This document shows, in pieces, positions 29,682 through 38,761 of a stretch of 64,000 nt of DNA (within the stretch, counting starts at the first letter, position 1; each line of letters begins with the position of its first letter). Location: positions 438,084 through 502,083 of the forward strand of contig CAWAGQ010000006.1 in the NCBI GenBank assembly GCA_963781585.1, read 5' to 3'. Position numbers and translations under genes: made by a program. The notes below the pieces were generated by a model that saw nothing but the letters and a program-made list of their open reading frames with translations, had not been told where the DNA came from and ran no database searches. Origin of the DNA: an uncultured Gemmatimonadaceae bacterium. Lineage in GTDB: Bacteria > Gemmatimonadota > Gemmatimonadetes > Gemmatimonadales > Gemmatimonadaceae.

Positions 29682-32600
29682 TCAGAGCGATGCCAGCATC
29701 TCGGACGCGTGGACCGCGACCATGCTGGGCTCCTGAAAGAGAACGTACGCCATGTTCGCCGAGCTGGTGGCCCACTTGTCCGGCGAATTGTCGGTGGGCG
29801 AGAAGCCGGTGGGGTGCGGGCTTGCGGTGATGAAGTCGGGGTTGGGGGCGGGGAAGTTGGTCCAGGCCAGGTCGTTCCACGAAACCCCATCCGAGCCGGG
29901 ATCGTAGCTGATGTCCATGCCGAAACGGGGCTCGCCCGGTACCTCCTGAATCACGAAGAACCACCCCAGCGTGTCGGTCGCAAGAAAGCCCGGGCTCGGA
30001 TCGTCGCCGCGCGCCTGTCGCGCGGTGAGATCGAAGCCGAAGAACTTGATGTCGGGCGCGATGTCGGCGCGGTAGAGTGGGAACAGGAGCTCCTGCGTGA
30101 ATTCGGCGCCCGTCAGGTCGAGATCGATGACCGGTACACCGCCGCTGCCGGCGATCGCTTTCTGTGCGAAGACCACGGAATTGGGGTAGCGCTTGAGCAG
30201 GTCGCCGCGCACCACGAGCACGATCTGCGACGTGTCGCCCTGCGCGTCGCGGTTGTTGTGGGTGCCGAGGCGGGAGTTGCGCGTCCAGGTGTGGATGGGC
30301 GTGATGTCCTTGTGCTCTTCGGCCAACTGCGCGGGCGTCTTCCCCGTGCTCGGCTCCACCAGTCCGCTCACGTCCCAGAACTGGCGGAAGTAGCTTCCGC
30401 GCTCGTCGGTCGGAAACTCGCTCCACAGCAGCGTGCGTCCCATCTCGTAGTTGAGGCCGACCATGTACGACTCGATCACCGGCTCGTTGGTCTCGAGCAG
30501 CGAGATCGTGTTGGGTGGGATCAGCTTGAGGTTGGCGACGAGGAATTCGTCGGACTGCCCGGTGAGCTTCTTGTACATCGGCTCGTCGAAGTCGGGATAG
30601 GCCATCGCCTCGACGAGCGGCTCGGACGGCACGGTCCACGGCACGTTCCGGATCTTTATCATTCGCGAGAGGCGGGTGCCGTGGGCCATCCGCGGCTCGA
30701 GAGCCACGGTGAGCCTGGCCTGCGCGTTCGACAGCGAATACGCGGTCGGCGGCGGAAGCTCGGGAGGCGCCAGCGCGGCGATCTGCGACAGCCCGGTCAC
30801 CGCGGACCTGAAGTTCTGCGCCTCTTTGCTCTCGCCATTCGCGCCGCCGGGCGTGGCGCTCGGCGCAGTGGCTTCGGCGAGCAATCGCACGTTGAAGTCC
30901 GGTCGCGCCGGCACGGTCGCCAGAACCGTGTCGGCCGTGGCCGGATTGGAGACGAGGGTGGACTCCTCGTGCGCCGCGGCGGCCGCCTGAGACCTTCTCG
31001 CCACCGTCGCCACGACCGCGGCGCCCACTACCGCCGCGAGCAGGGCGGCGCCGACTCCGGCCGTCGCCAGCAGCACGATCACGATCAGCACGACAAGCAG
31101 GATGAGAATCAGCAACCCCAGCCGGGACATCGGTGGAACGGTCGTGCCGGCGGGCGGCGTGACGGCACCGCCCAGATCGGTGGTCGTGGGAAGTCCGGCG
31201 GGCGTCGGCCGTGGCGGCGCGGCGGTGAGCGTTCCGTCGTTGAGGCCATCGACCACGCTGGTGAAGTTGTCGGCGGTGATTCCCGTTCGGCGCGCGAACG
31301 GACCACGCGGTCGCATGAAACGTCGGAACGCGGCCGACAGCGCAGCTACGGGCAGGCGGCTCACGGTCAACTGATGGAAGAGCGTGGTCGGGCTTCCCAT
31401 CACCCGTGGCAGCACGGCGCGGCTGATGGCGACCAGTTGCGTCGTCGGCAGCTTCCGGAACGTGGCGGTGAAGAGCGGCGTGGCGAAGGCGATTGCGGCC
31501 TTGGCGTTGCGGATGGCGCGGTTGGCCTGATTCACCTTGTCGACCTGTTGCCAGGCCGACTTCATGTAGCGGTCCTGATTCTCCTGGATAACGAGCGACC
31601 CGACCCCAGCCATGGTGCGCGTGCGCGGATCCCGGTTCAACTCATCCAGCCACCGGTCCTGCGTGATGTCGAGGAGAATCACGTCCTCCGGATGCTGCCG
31701 CACGTGGTTCTTGCCGTAGAGCGGCATCGTGACGATCGGATCCTGTGCCGTGTCCGCGGCGGTCTGCTCGCCCAGGTTCACGACGTCCTCCAGCGCGGCC
31801 TGGAAGTCATTGCTTGCCGGCGGATCGGGGAAGACGGTGGAGACCGTGGTGGGCGCCTTGAGCGCGGCCTCGAGGCCGAGGATCGGCGGGCTGGTGGCCG
31901 GGATCGGTCCCGAGCCGTCGGCTTTGACGAAACCGGGCGCCGAGCAATCCATGTCGCGGATGCCGACGCGTGGATCCATCGGCCGTGGCACGAGGAGGTT
32001 GGCCAGCGACTCGAAGTCCTCGTTCTCTCCGGTGCGGAAATACCACTCGAAGTAGACGGGCATCTCGGCGGCGGTGCCGTCGGCCGCCCACGCGGGCTGC
32101 TGCGCGTCGACGGTGTCGGTGGCCTGGCCCAATCCGGCGAGACGACCGGTCTCGAAGGTCGGGACGACGAACGCGGTGTACGCCGTGTTGGGCTTGAGGT
32201 GCCGCGGACTCATCAGCCGAGAGTACAGGCCGTCCGGGTCGGTCGTGATCGTGGTGTTGAGCGAGTTCAGGAACCTCTCGTAGGTGCTCAAATCACTGTC
32301 AGGGAGGTCGACGTTGCTGTGGACGTGTGCCCACATCCACAGCTCGTTCGCCGGCGGCATCGCTGTGCGGTCCTTGACGTTGATCGACGGCAGGGGGACG
32401 CGGCGCTGGGTGCGCTCGAACTCGTCGTCCTCGAGGACGAGCAGCGCCACCCACGGACGCAGGCGCTCGCCCGACGCCTGAGCCGGCGTGTACCGCCAGC
32501 TGAAGTCTTCATCGTAGAACTCGATGAACGCGAGGTAGTTCGGCTCGAAGTCCGTGATCCAGTTGAGCGGCTCGGTGCGAACGATCATGTCGCGGTTGAT

Positions 32601-32798
32601 GCCGATGATGTCACCCGGACCGATGAGCGCGAAGTTCTTCGAGACGTCGGTGGCGTTCGCCTTGAGCGCGACCGGCACGGTCGCACGCTCCCTGGTGTGG
32701 ACGGTGCCGCTGCCGAGGTCGTCGGCGTCGGTGATGTTCGCCGACATCCCGCGACGCGCCCACGAGTGGAACTGGTATCGCGCGACTTCGATCGTCAT
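29682..32798 (-). CDS. Large hypothetical protein with internal hydrophobic hairpin
   Basis: 1038 aa; FEPNYLAFIEF..DFSWRYTP, FVVPTFETGRLAGLG, VGLNYEMGRTLLWSEFPTDERGSYFRQFWD, RGDLLKRYP, GWFFVIQE.PGEPRFG; ATGA overlap with the upstream gene. Confidence 0.85.
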   Translation of the reverse strand: MTIEVARYQFHSWARRGMSANITDADDLGSGTVHTRERATVPVALKANATDVSKNFALIGPGDIIGINRDMIVRTEPLNWITDFEPNYLAFIEFYDEDFSWRYTPAQASGERLRPWVALLVLEDDEFERTQRRVPLPSINVKDRTAMPPANELWMWAHVHSNVDLPDSDLSTYERFLNSLNTTITTDPDGLYSRLMSPRHLKPNTAYTAFVVPTFETGRLAGLGQATDTVDAQQPAWAADGTAAEMPVYFEWYFRTGENEDFESLANLLVPRPMDPRVGIRDMDCSAPGFVKADGSGPIPATSPPILGLEAALKAPTTVSTVFPDPPASNDFQAALEDVVNLGEQTAADTAQDPIVTMPLYGKNHVRQHPEDVILLDITQDRWLDELNRDPRTRTMAGVGSLVIQENQDRYMKSAWQQVDKVNQANRAIRNAKAAIAFATPLFTATFRKLPTTQLVAISRAVLPRVMGSPTTLFHQLTVSRLPVAALSAAFRRFMRPRGPFARRTGITADNFTSVVDGLNDGTLTAAPPRPTPAGLPTTTDLGGAVTPPAGTTVPPMSRLGLLILILLVVLIVIVLLATAGVGAALLAAVVGAAVVATVARRSQAAAAAHEESTLVSNPATADTVLATVPARPDFNVRLLAEATAPSATPGGANGESKEAQNFRSAVTGLSQIAALAPPELPPPTAYSLSNAQARLTVALEPRMAHGTRLSRMIKIRNVPWTVPSEPLVEAMAYPDFDEPMYKKLTGQSDEFLVANLKLIPPNTISLLETNEPVIESYMVGLNYEMGRTLLWSEFPTDERGSYFRQFWDVSGLVEPSTGKTPAQLAEEHKDITPIHTWTRNSRLGTHNNRDAQGDTSQIVLVVRGDLLKRYPNSVVFAQKAIAGSGGVPVIDLDLTGAEFTQELLFPLYRADIAPDIKFFGFDLTARQARGDDPSPGFLATDTLGWFFVIQEVPGEPRFGMDISYDPGSDGVSWNDLAWTNFPAPNPDFITASPHPTGFSPTDNSPDKWATSSANMAYVLFQEPSMVAVHASEMLASL

Positions 32799-35700
32799 AC
32801 GGTGCTGACCTCGAGCGTGGAAACGACCTGCACCTTCCCCCTGAGCTCCGGCCGGGACGCGATCAGCGATTCGTAGTGCTGCTGTGCTTCGGCGTACGAT
32901 CCGGCCACCATGCCCGCCGCAAAGGGCGTGAGCGTGCTGACGGTTGCCACCATGTACTGCTCGGCATCGACGTCGACACCGGCCGGCGCGAGCACCGACT
33001 GCCGTGAGTTCCGGTGGGACAGGGGCGAGTTCGCCGCGGCGGCGTTCTGCCGGGCAAGACCGAACCGCGTCTTGCCGAGCGGCCGGCGGCCGGCGAACAC
33101 CGGCTGCTTCGCCCGCAGGTACGAGATCTCATAATCCACGTCCCGGCTTACCGGCGGAGTCGTGGCGAGATTGGCCGTCCCGGTGAGCTGGATGCCGCTG
33201 TCCAGCATCTCGAACGACGGCCGGCTGAGCTTCTCGCTGTCGCTCATCTCGGTGAACTGCGCGACTGCGAAGCGATCCTGCACCGGCGTCGTATCCAGCG
33301 ATGTCGGTCCGCTGTGTACGCCGGTGAGCGTGAATCGGGTGTCGTCCTGCGGAACCTGCTCCCCGATCTTGTCGATGGTGTAGTCGAGGGGCACCGCCGA
33401 CTCGCTGAACGCCAGTGTGCCGAACGGGTGGATGATGACCGCGCTGCCGGCGTTCTTGATCTGCTTGACGGTGACGTGGAGGTGGTTGTTGTCGGGAATC
33501 GTCGCACGCCAGTTGCGGTCGTCGTCGAGCTGCGCGATCAGCAGCGCCCTCACGTCGACCTTTTCCCTGGGCAGCTGGTCGGGATCGTCGCCCCACGTCT
33601 CGTGGAAGCGGATGGTGACGTCGAAGAAGAGGATCGAGAAGCTGGCCTTGCCCTGCACGTCCCACGGCGTCGGACCAGCCAGTTGGCCGTGGAGACGGAG
33701 ACTCATGATGTTCGTGGAGCCCCGCCGCAGCGCCAGCCCCGCGTCCAGATCCGCGATGAACCGGAACGGCGTGAACTGGAAGAGCACGTCGAACCCGATG
33801 AATCCGTAGAGGCTGAATCCGCACGCCGCAGCGTAGAGCTCCGCTCGCGCGCCGAACTGCACCGTGTTCGACGTCACCGCGAAGTAGCAGGCAATGGTGA
33901 GACGCGGGTTGTCGCCGCTCAACAGCGCGAGCGTGAGCCGCGTCATGTTCTGGAGATCCGGGGGCGCGTCCTTGAATGCCGGATGGAAGCCCCCCACGCT
34001 CAGCACGAACATCGGCGTGTCGCCCCAATTGATGCGGAGCGCCATGTCGCCGGTGAGCGTGAAGATGAGCAGCTTCGAATCGAACAGGCTCGCGTCGAAC
34101 GAGATGTACTTGTTCCCGAAGTCGACGACGCCCAGGAAGTTCACCTGAATGAGCAGGATCGGCTCGTCGGGATCGGGGAGCGCCGCCCGCAGCACCCCCA
34201 GGATCGCGAACATCGGGTTCGGAATGTCGAGCAGGAGTCCAAGCTCCAGCGTCAGAATGGACCCCGCCCATCCGATCTCGGCCATCGGCCCGAGCAGGAA
34301 GTGTCCCTCGGCGATCGGGAAGATCTGTTTGAGATCGCTGACGATGCGGGTGATGTTGGCGACGACGTCTTGCGGGAAGAGCACACTGTTGAGCGCCCCC
34401 GTCTTCACGCCGGCGCGCAACACGTCGATCCGCACCGTCCGGCTGAGCCCGAGCAGCCCGCCAACGCCGTTCAGCGAGAAGCCGAATCCCAGCTGGATCG
34501 GCGTGAACTCGGCGGTGATGATGATGAGGAGCGAGAACCCGTTGCTCCCGTCGGGCATCTTCGTGTCGATCAATCCCACGGCCTTGAGCGAGAACAGATC
34601 CTGGAACTCCAGCTCCAGCGCGCCGATGTACTCGCCCTTGTCGGTGTCGATGTAGAGGAAGCCCGCGCCCTTGATTCCGCCGGCGTCGATCGAGAGTCCG
34701 ACCCCGTTCGGCGGCTTGAAGTCGAAGTCGAGCTGCGTGGAGCCGCCGATGTTTCCGCTGTTGTCGCTCGGGAAGCTGAACCGCGCCGTGAGACCCATGT
34801 TCTGCACCACGGCGGTGAGCGGACCGAGCGCCGCCTTGATATCGGCGCCGAGCGAAATGGGCAGTTCGGTGACACCGGCGGCGTTCTGGCCGATCTTGAG
34901 CGTGAGGGTCAGGCCCTCGATCGAAACGGGACCGAGCTCGATGTGGACGGGCAGCTGAATCTCGAGCGCGCTGCTGCCCTGGAAGTAGAATCCGCGCGTG
35001 CTCGACACACCCATGAGGATTCCGAAATCGGCCTCGATCTTCGTGCCGGGAAGGATCCTGGCGAGGAATCCGTCGCCTTTCGTCGCGTCGATGACGATGC
35101 TGCCGCCGGTGATCTCTCCTTCGAGTGTGAGTTGGCTGGTCGCGTTGGTGCCGTTCCACGTGAGGTCCACGCCCGCCTCGAGGCGCAGCGACGCCATCTC
35201 GACGCGCCCGGCGCCGGCCTGGCCGAGCAGGATGATCGTGCTCTGGCCCGGCGGCGGATTGGCGATCCAGCGGCCGAAGATCTTGCCCTGGATCGTACCG
35301 GCGGCCGGCGGAATGATCGTCACGTCCAGTGCCGGCGACAGCGCGACGCCCGCCTCCAACGGCACCTGCGCGTTGACGCCGAACACGGCGCTCCACTGTT
35401 CGCGCGTCACTGTGTACGAGCCGCCGACGGTGAACAGGTACTTGAGCAGGAGCTGGAGGCCCGGTGGCACCATGTCGGTCCTGGCCGACAGCTCGAAGAA
35501 CAGTACGTCGAGCGTGTGCGGCGTGACGCCGGTGTCGAGCACCACCGGCATGCCGAGCGCCAGCATCACCTTGTTGAGCTTGTCCAGCAGCGCGGCGCCG
35601 TCGAAGTCGTCGTTCCCCCAGCCATACAGCGCGCGCAGCTGCTCGAGCGGATTGCTGAACGTCTTCGTCAGCCCGTCGACATGGAACGCCTTCCGGATGT

Positions 35701-36226
35701 ACGGCGGATTGACGGGATTCGTGGAGCCGACGTTCTGCGGGCTGCGCTCGATGACGCCGAACAATTCCAGCACCGCCGCCGCCGCGGGCGCCACACTCTC
35801 GACGTAGTTGACCAACAGGTAGTTGATCAGGTTCACGCTGAGATTGGCGACGAAGTCGCCGATGTCGATCGCGGGGAAGCTGCCGTGCGCGGTATCGATC
35901 GCGTGCGCGATGGCGTCGATGTCCCCGATCAGCTCGACGATCTGCTGGGTGAGATCGATCGCGGTGCCGATCGCGGCGCCCTCGTCGTCGGCGTCGATCT
36001 GCTGGATGAGCGTCTCGATCAGCCCCGGAACCGCCTCGAGCCGGGAGATCGCGTCGGTCAGCGCCGTCTGGAACTGCGGATTGCTGGCGAGCGATTCCGG
36101 GAACTGGATGCCGAGCTCGGCGAACAGCTCCAGAATCTGGCCGCTGCCGATACGCTCCTCGAGTGGCTTGATGACCTTCGCCAGCTCGAGCGCGATGACT
36201 TCCAGTGTCCCGGTCTGATTGTTCAC
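32795..36226 (-). CDS. DUF6603-like domain protein
   Basis: 1143 aa, with a helical N-terminus then a long beta-rich region: FKPPNGVGLSID.G..KG.GFL, PIQLGFGFSLNGVGGLLGL.R, FVLSVGGFHP.F, YFAVTSNTVQFGA, GFDVLFQF.PF.F. Confidence 0.8.
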   Translation of the reverse strand: MNNQTGTLEVIALELAKVIKPLEERIGSGQILELFAELGIQFPESLASNPQFQTALTDAISRLEAVPGLIETLIQQIDADDEGAAIGTAIDLTQQIVELIGDIDAIAHAIDTAHGSFPAIDIGDFVANLSVNLINYLLVNYVESVAPAAAAVLELFGVIERSPQNVGSTNPVNPPYIRKAFHVDGLTKTFSNPLEQLRALYGWGNDDFDGAALLDKLNKVMLALGMPVVLDTGVTPHTLDVLFFELSARTDMVPPGLQLLLKYLFTVGGSYTVTREQWSAVFGVNAQVPLEAGVALSPALDVTIIPPAAGTIQGKIFGRWIANPPPGQSTIILLGQAGAGRVEMASLRLEAGVDLTWNGTNATSQLTLEGEITGGSIVIDATKGDGFLARILPGTKIEADFGILMGVSSTRGFYFQGSSALEIQLPVHIELGPVSIEGLTLTLKIGQNAAGVTELPISLGADIKAALGPLTAVVQNMGLTARFSFPSDNSGNIGGSTQLDFDFKPPNGVGLSIDAGGIKGAGFLYIDTDKGEYIGALELEFQDLFSLKAVGLIDTKMPDGSNGFSLLIIITAEFTPIQLGFGFSLNGVGGLLGLSRTVRIDVLRAGVKTGALNSVLFPQDVVANITRIVSDLKQIFPIAEGHFLLGPMAEIGWAGSILTLELGLLLDIPNPMFAILGVLRAALPDPDEPILLIQVNFLGVVDFGNKYISFDASLFDSKLLIFTLTGDMALRINWGDTPMFVLSVGGFHPAFKDAPPDLQNMTRLTLALLSGDNPRLTIACYFAVTSNTVQFGARAELYAAACGFSLYGFIGFDVLFQFTPFRFIADLDAGLALRRGSTNIMSLRLHGQLAGPTPWDVQGKASFSILFFDVTIRFHETWGDDPDQLPREKVDVRALLIAQLDDDRNWRATIPDNNHLHVTVKQIKNAGSAVIIHPFGTLAFSESAVPLDYTIDKIGEQVPQDDTRFTLTGVHSGPTSLDTTPVQDRFAVAQFTEMSDSEKLSRPSFEMLDSGIQLTGTANLATTPPVSRDVDYEISYLRAKQPVFAGRRPLGKTRFGLARQNAAAANSPLSHRNSRQSVLAPAGVDVDAEQYMVATVSTLTPFAAGMVAGSYAEAQQHYESLIASRPELRGKVQVVSTLEVSTV

Positions 36227-36236
36227 GCGTCACCCA

Positions 36237-37673
36237 TCAAACGGTCTGTACTGATTCGTGCACCCGCGCGTCCGGGCCGGCGTCTCCCGCGGCCGCCCGC
36301 TCCAGCATCTCCTCCACCGACGTGATCCCGCTCACGAGATGGAGAAGCGGTACGGTGTTCGCTGCGACCGCGGCCGCGAGCGCCGCGCTCCCCTGCTCCT
36401 GCAGCACCACCGACATTCGCAGTACGACATTCGCCGGCGACACGTCCGCGATCTCCGGCGGAATGCGATGTCCGGGCTCGCGCGCGCTCTTGATGAAGTG
36501 CCCGGTGAACGCGGGCCCCTGGTACCGATGCCAGGCGACCTTCACCTGGCGATTGTCATTGAGCAGCCGGTTGATCTCATCACCGTGTTCGCGGAACATC
36601 GCGAGCGCCGCGCGCCCGACCTCCAGGGTGTCCAGCACTCTCACGATGTCGTCGAGGTGGTCGGGACCGGGCGCCTGAAGCGGCTCGGCGACCGAAGCGC
36701 TGCCGAGCGGGATGGTTCCCGGGGTGCCGGAATTGATGATCGTGATCCCCATCGCCGCCGTGACGTCGGTGATGATGTTCGCAAAGCTGTCATTGGTATT
36801 CGTGTTGACGCCCCAGCACAGCCCGACCACCACGTTCTGGTCGTTGACCAGCGCCGAGCCGGAGTCGCCGAACCACTGGAAATGGTCGAAGCCGGCATCG
36901 GGAGCGATGTGGATCTGGTTCGCGCGGGCCGGAATCTGCTTGGCCGGATTTCCGGCGGTCGGCCCCTTCGGGTCGGTAACCGTGCCGGTCGTGAGGCCGG
37001 TGGTGCGCCCGCGCTTCATCACGTGGTCGCCCGGCGCCACGGTCGACCCGCCGGCGTTCAGCGTCGCCGCGCCGAGAATCAGACCGATGTCGATGATCTC
37101 GTTCATGAACCCCGGTGCGCCGGTGATGCGCGCGATGGCGCAGTCGACCAGTCCGTTGTTGAGCGAGTTCACGACCACGCCCACGATGTTACCCTTGCAG
37201 CAGCAGCAACACGAGATCGTCGACTGTCCGATCTTCTCGCCGTTCGACGCGCCGCCCGCCATCATCACGTGGTGGTTGCTCAACATGACGATCGAGCCGT
37301 CGCTGTCGAGCCGGGCGATGCATCCCATCGTGCCGACCTCGCTCGACGAGTCGTTACCGATCTGGATGCCGCCGAGGAGGGGGCGGTACCTGCCATCGTC
37401 GTCGGCGAGCGTCGGTACGGGCTCCACGAGCACGTCGGTCTTCACGCCAAGGACCTCGACGGGAATCACTTTCTTCCGCGGCAGTTCGTTCGCCGGGAGT
37501 TTCTTCTCCACATAGACGCGGAAGACGATTTGCTCGGTCGGTTTGCCCGCGGTCTCCTTGAGCCCGACCGAGACGTGGCGCACGCCGGGATATGCCATCA
37601 ACTGCTCGCGCGCCTTCGGCAGCAGCGCCGAAAGCCGGGTGAACTCGGCTACCCGTTCGTGTCGCGGTCTCAT
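36237..37673 (-). CDS. Trypsin-like (S1, Nal1-like) serine protease with N-terminal prodomain, CCCCC motif and C-terminal helical domain
   Basis: Prodomain VSVGLKET..FRVYVEKKLP..IP.EV.GVKTDV, then YRPLLGGIQI. Catalytic triad LSNHHV / VDCAIA / GDSGS. ATGA overlap at the start. Confidence 0.85.
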   Translation of the reverse strand: MRPRHERVAEFTRLSALLPKAREQLMAYPGVRHVSVGLKETAGKPTEQIVFRVYVEKKLPANELPRKKVIPVEVLGVKTDVLVEPVPTLADDDGRYRPLLGGIQIGNDSSSEVGTMGCIARLDSDGSIVMLSNHHVMMAGGASNGEKIGQSTISCCCCCKGNIVGVVVNSLNNGLVDCAIARITGAPGFMNEIIDIGLILGAATLNAGGSTVAPGDHVMKRGRTTGLTTGTVTDPKGPTAGNPAKQIPARANQIHIAPDAGFDHFQWFGDSGSALVNDQNVVVGLCWGVNTNTNDSFANIITDVTAAMGITIINSGTPGTIPLGSASVAEPLQAPGPDHLDDIVRVLDTLEVGRAALAMFREHGDEINRLLNDNRQVKVAWHRYQGPAFTGHFIKSAREPGHRIPPEIADVSPANVVLRMSVVLQEQGSAALAAAVAANTVPLLHLVSGITSVEEMLERAAAGDAGPDARVHESVQTV

Positions 37674-38080
37674 CGTGCACCCCCCGCCAGGGTTCCGGCA
37701 CGAATCCGCGCGAACAGGTCGGAGAGACTGGCACACTCGCTGGCCGCTGCCAGCACCGGGGACGCGTACCGCCCTACCGTAGCCGCCAGCTCGCGGCTTC
37801 CGCTCTGCTGCAGCGCGTCGGCCATGCGGAGCAACAGCCGCTCGAGCGACACCCCGTCGAACTCCTTGCGTACCGGCGTGTGCTCGTCGAATCCGCTGTC
37901 CATCGCCGAGGTGAGGAACTGCGGACCATGGTTGCGCTGCCACGCCACCATCACCCCGCGGTTGTTGTTCACCAGGCGATTCACCTCGTCCACGTGCGAC
38001 ATGATCACGCCCAGGATCTCGCGTCCCGGCGGCGACGCGTTCAGCTCCTCCTCGAAGTACTCGAGTTTGCGCATCGTCAT
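37670..38080 (-). CDS. Stand-alone paralog of the protease C-terminal helical domain
   Basis: GREILGVIMSHVDEVNRLVNNNRGVMVAWQRNHGPQF aligns with GRAALAMFREHGDEINRLLNDNRQVKVAWHRYQGPAF of the downstream protease. ATGA overlaps on both sides. Confidence 0.8.
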   Translation of the reverse strand: MTMRKLEYFEEELNASPPGREILGVIMSHVDEVNRLVNNNRGVMVAWQRNHGPQFLTSAMDSGFDEHTPVRKEFDGVSLERLLLRMADALQQSGSRELAATVGRYASPVLAAASECASLSDLFARIRAGTLAGGAR

Positions 38081-38751
38081 ACCGGTTGTGGTGCGGTATC
38101 GGAGTACAGCCAGATGCCGGTGGTCGCGTCGACCACGTGGCGCATGTGGTTGCGCGCGTCGGGGTGAATGTTGGCCATCGCCGCGTAGCCTTCGGCGGCC
38201 ATCTCGATACCGCGCGTCTGAATGATCCAGACGTTGCGCGGGCTGTAGTGCCGGGTGTGGTGGGTGACGAGGTAGGCGATGATCTGCTTCGCCGACTTCG
38301 GCGGCACCGGTCCGGTCAGCTCGAGCTGCTTGAGCGCATTGTAGAAGTCGACGTCGGGCTCGGCGTCGGGCAGACCGACGAACCGTTCGCCGAGGTTGCG
38401 AAGCTGCCGCTCCTCCTCCGGTGCGCTGGGGAAAGGCGCGATCGGCCGCGCGCCCGCCGCCCACGGCGAGGTGATCTTGTAGACGATCGCCGTCCGTGGA
38501 TTCACCACCGTGTCCACGCTCTTGATGTTCGGGAAGCGCGGCCGCCCGCCTCGGGCCGTGATTTCGTCGAGCCGGTCGAGGTGCAGACGCGGGTGCGTCT
38601 CGTCCTTGCGCCAGTGGCGTTCATCCTCGGCCGACGTCCTGAGGAAGGGAACGAATGTGCGCTCGACCGTCGCCGGCGGCGCGGTGATGGCCTCCGGCTT
38701 CACCTCGAAGCCCAGGGTGCGCGTCGCGCGCTCGATGGCAGGGTTGGTCAT
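38077..38751 (-). CDS. Hypothetical protein
   Basis: 224-aa ORF starting 10 nt after the protease stop and overlapping the next start; no known motif. Confidence 0.7.
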   Translation of the reverse strand: MTNPAIERATRTLGFEVKPEAITAPPATVERTFVPFLRTSAEDERHWRKDETHPRLHLDRLDEITARGGRPRFPNIKSVDTVVNPRTAIVYKITSPWAAGARPIAPFPSAPEEERQLRNLGERFVGLPDAEPDVDFYNALKQLELTGPVPPKSAKQIIAYLVTHHTRHYSPRNVWIIQTRGIEMAAEGYAAMANIHPDARNHMRHVVDATTGIWLYSDTAPQPV

Positions 38752-38761
38752 GGTCGATCGG

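Noticed and set aside
28467..32876. 1469-aa plus-strand ORF, and similar long antisense ORFs at 2676-4778, 5638-8382, 24063-26513, 33014-36325 and 56311-58377
   Set aside because: Arg/Gly/Val-rich shadow frames opposite well-supported genes, as expected in high-GC DNA with strong GC3 bias; no motifs.
33129..36233. 1034-aa same-strand alternative-frame ORF over the DUF6603-like gene
   Set aside because: Arg/Ala/His-rich composition typical of an off-frame reading of GC-rich codons.
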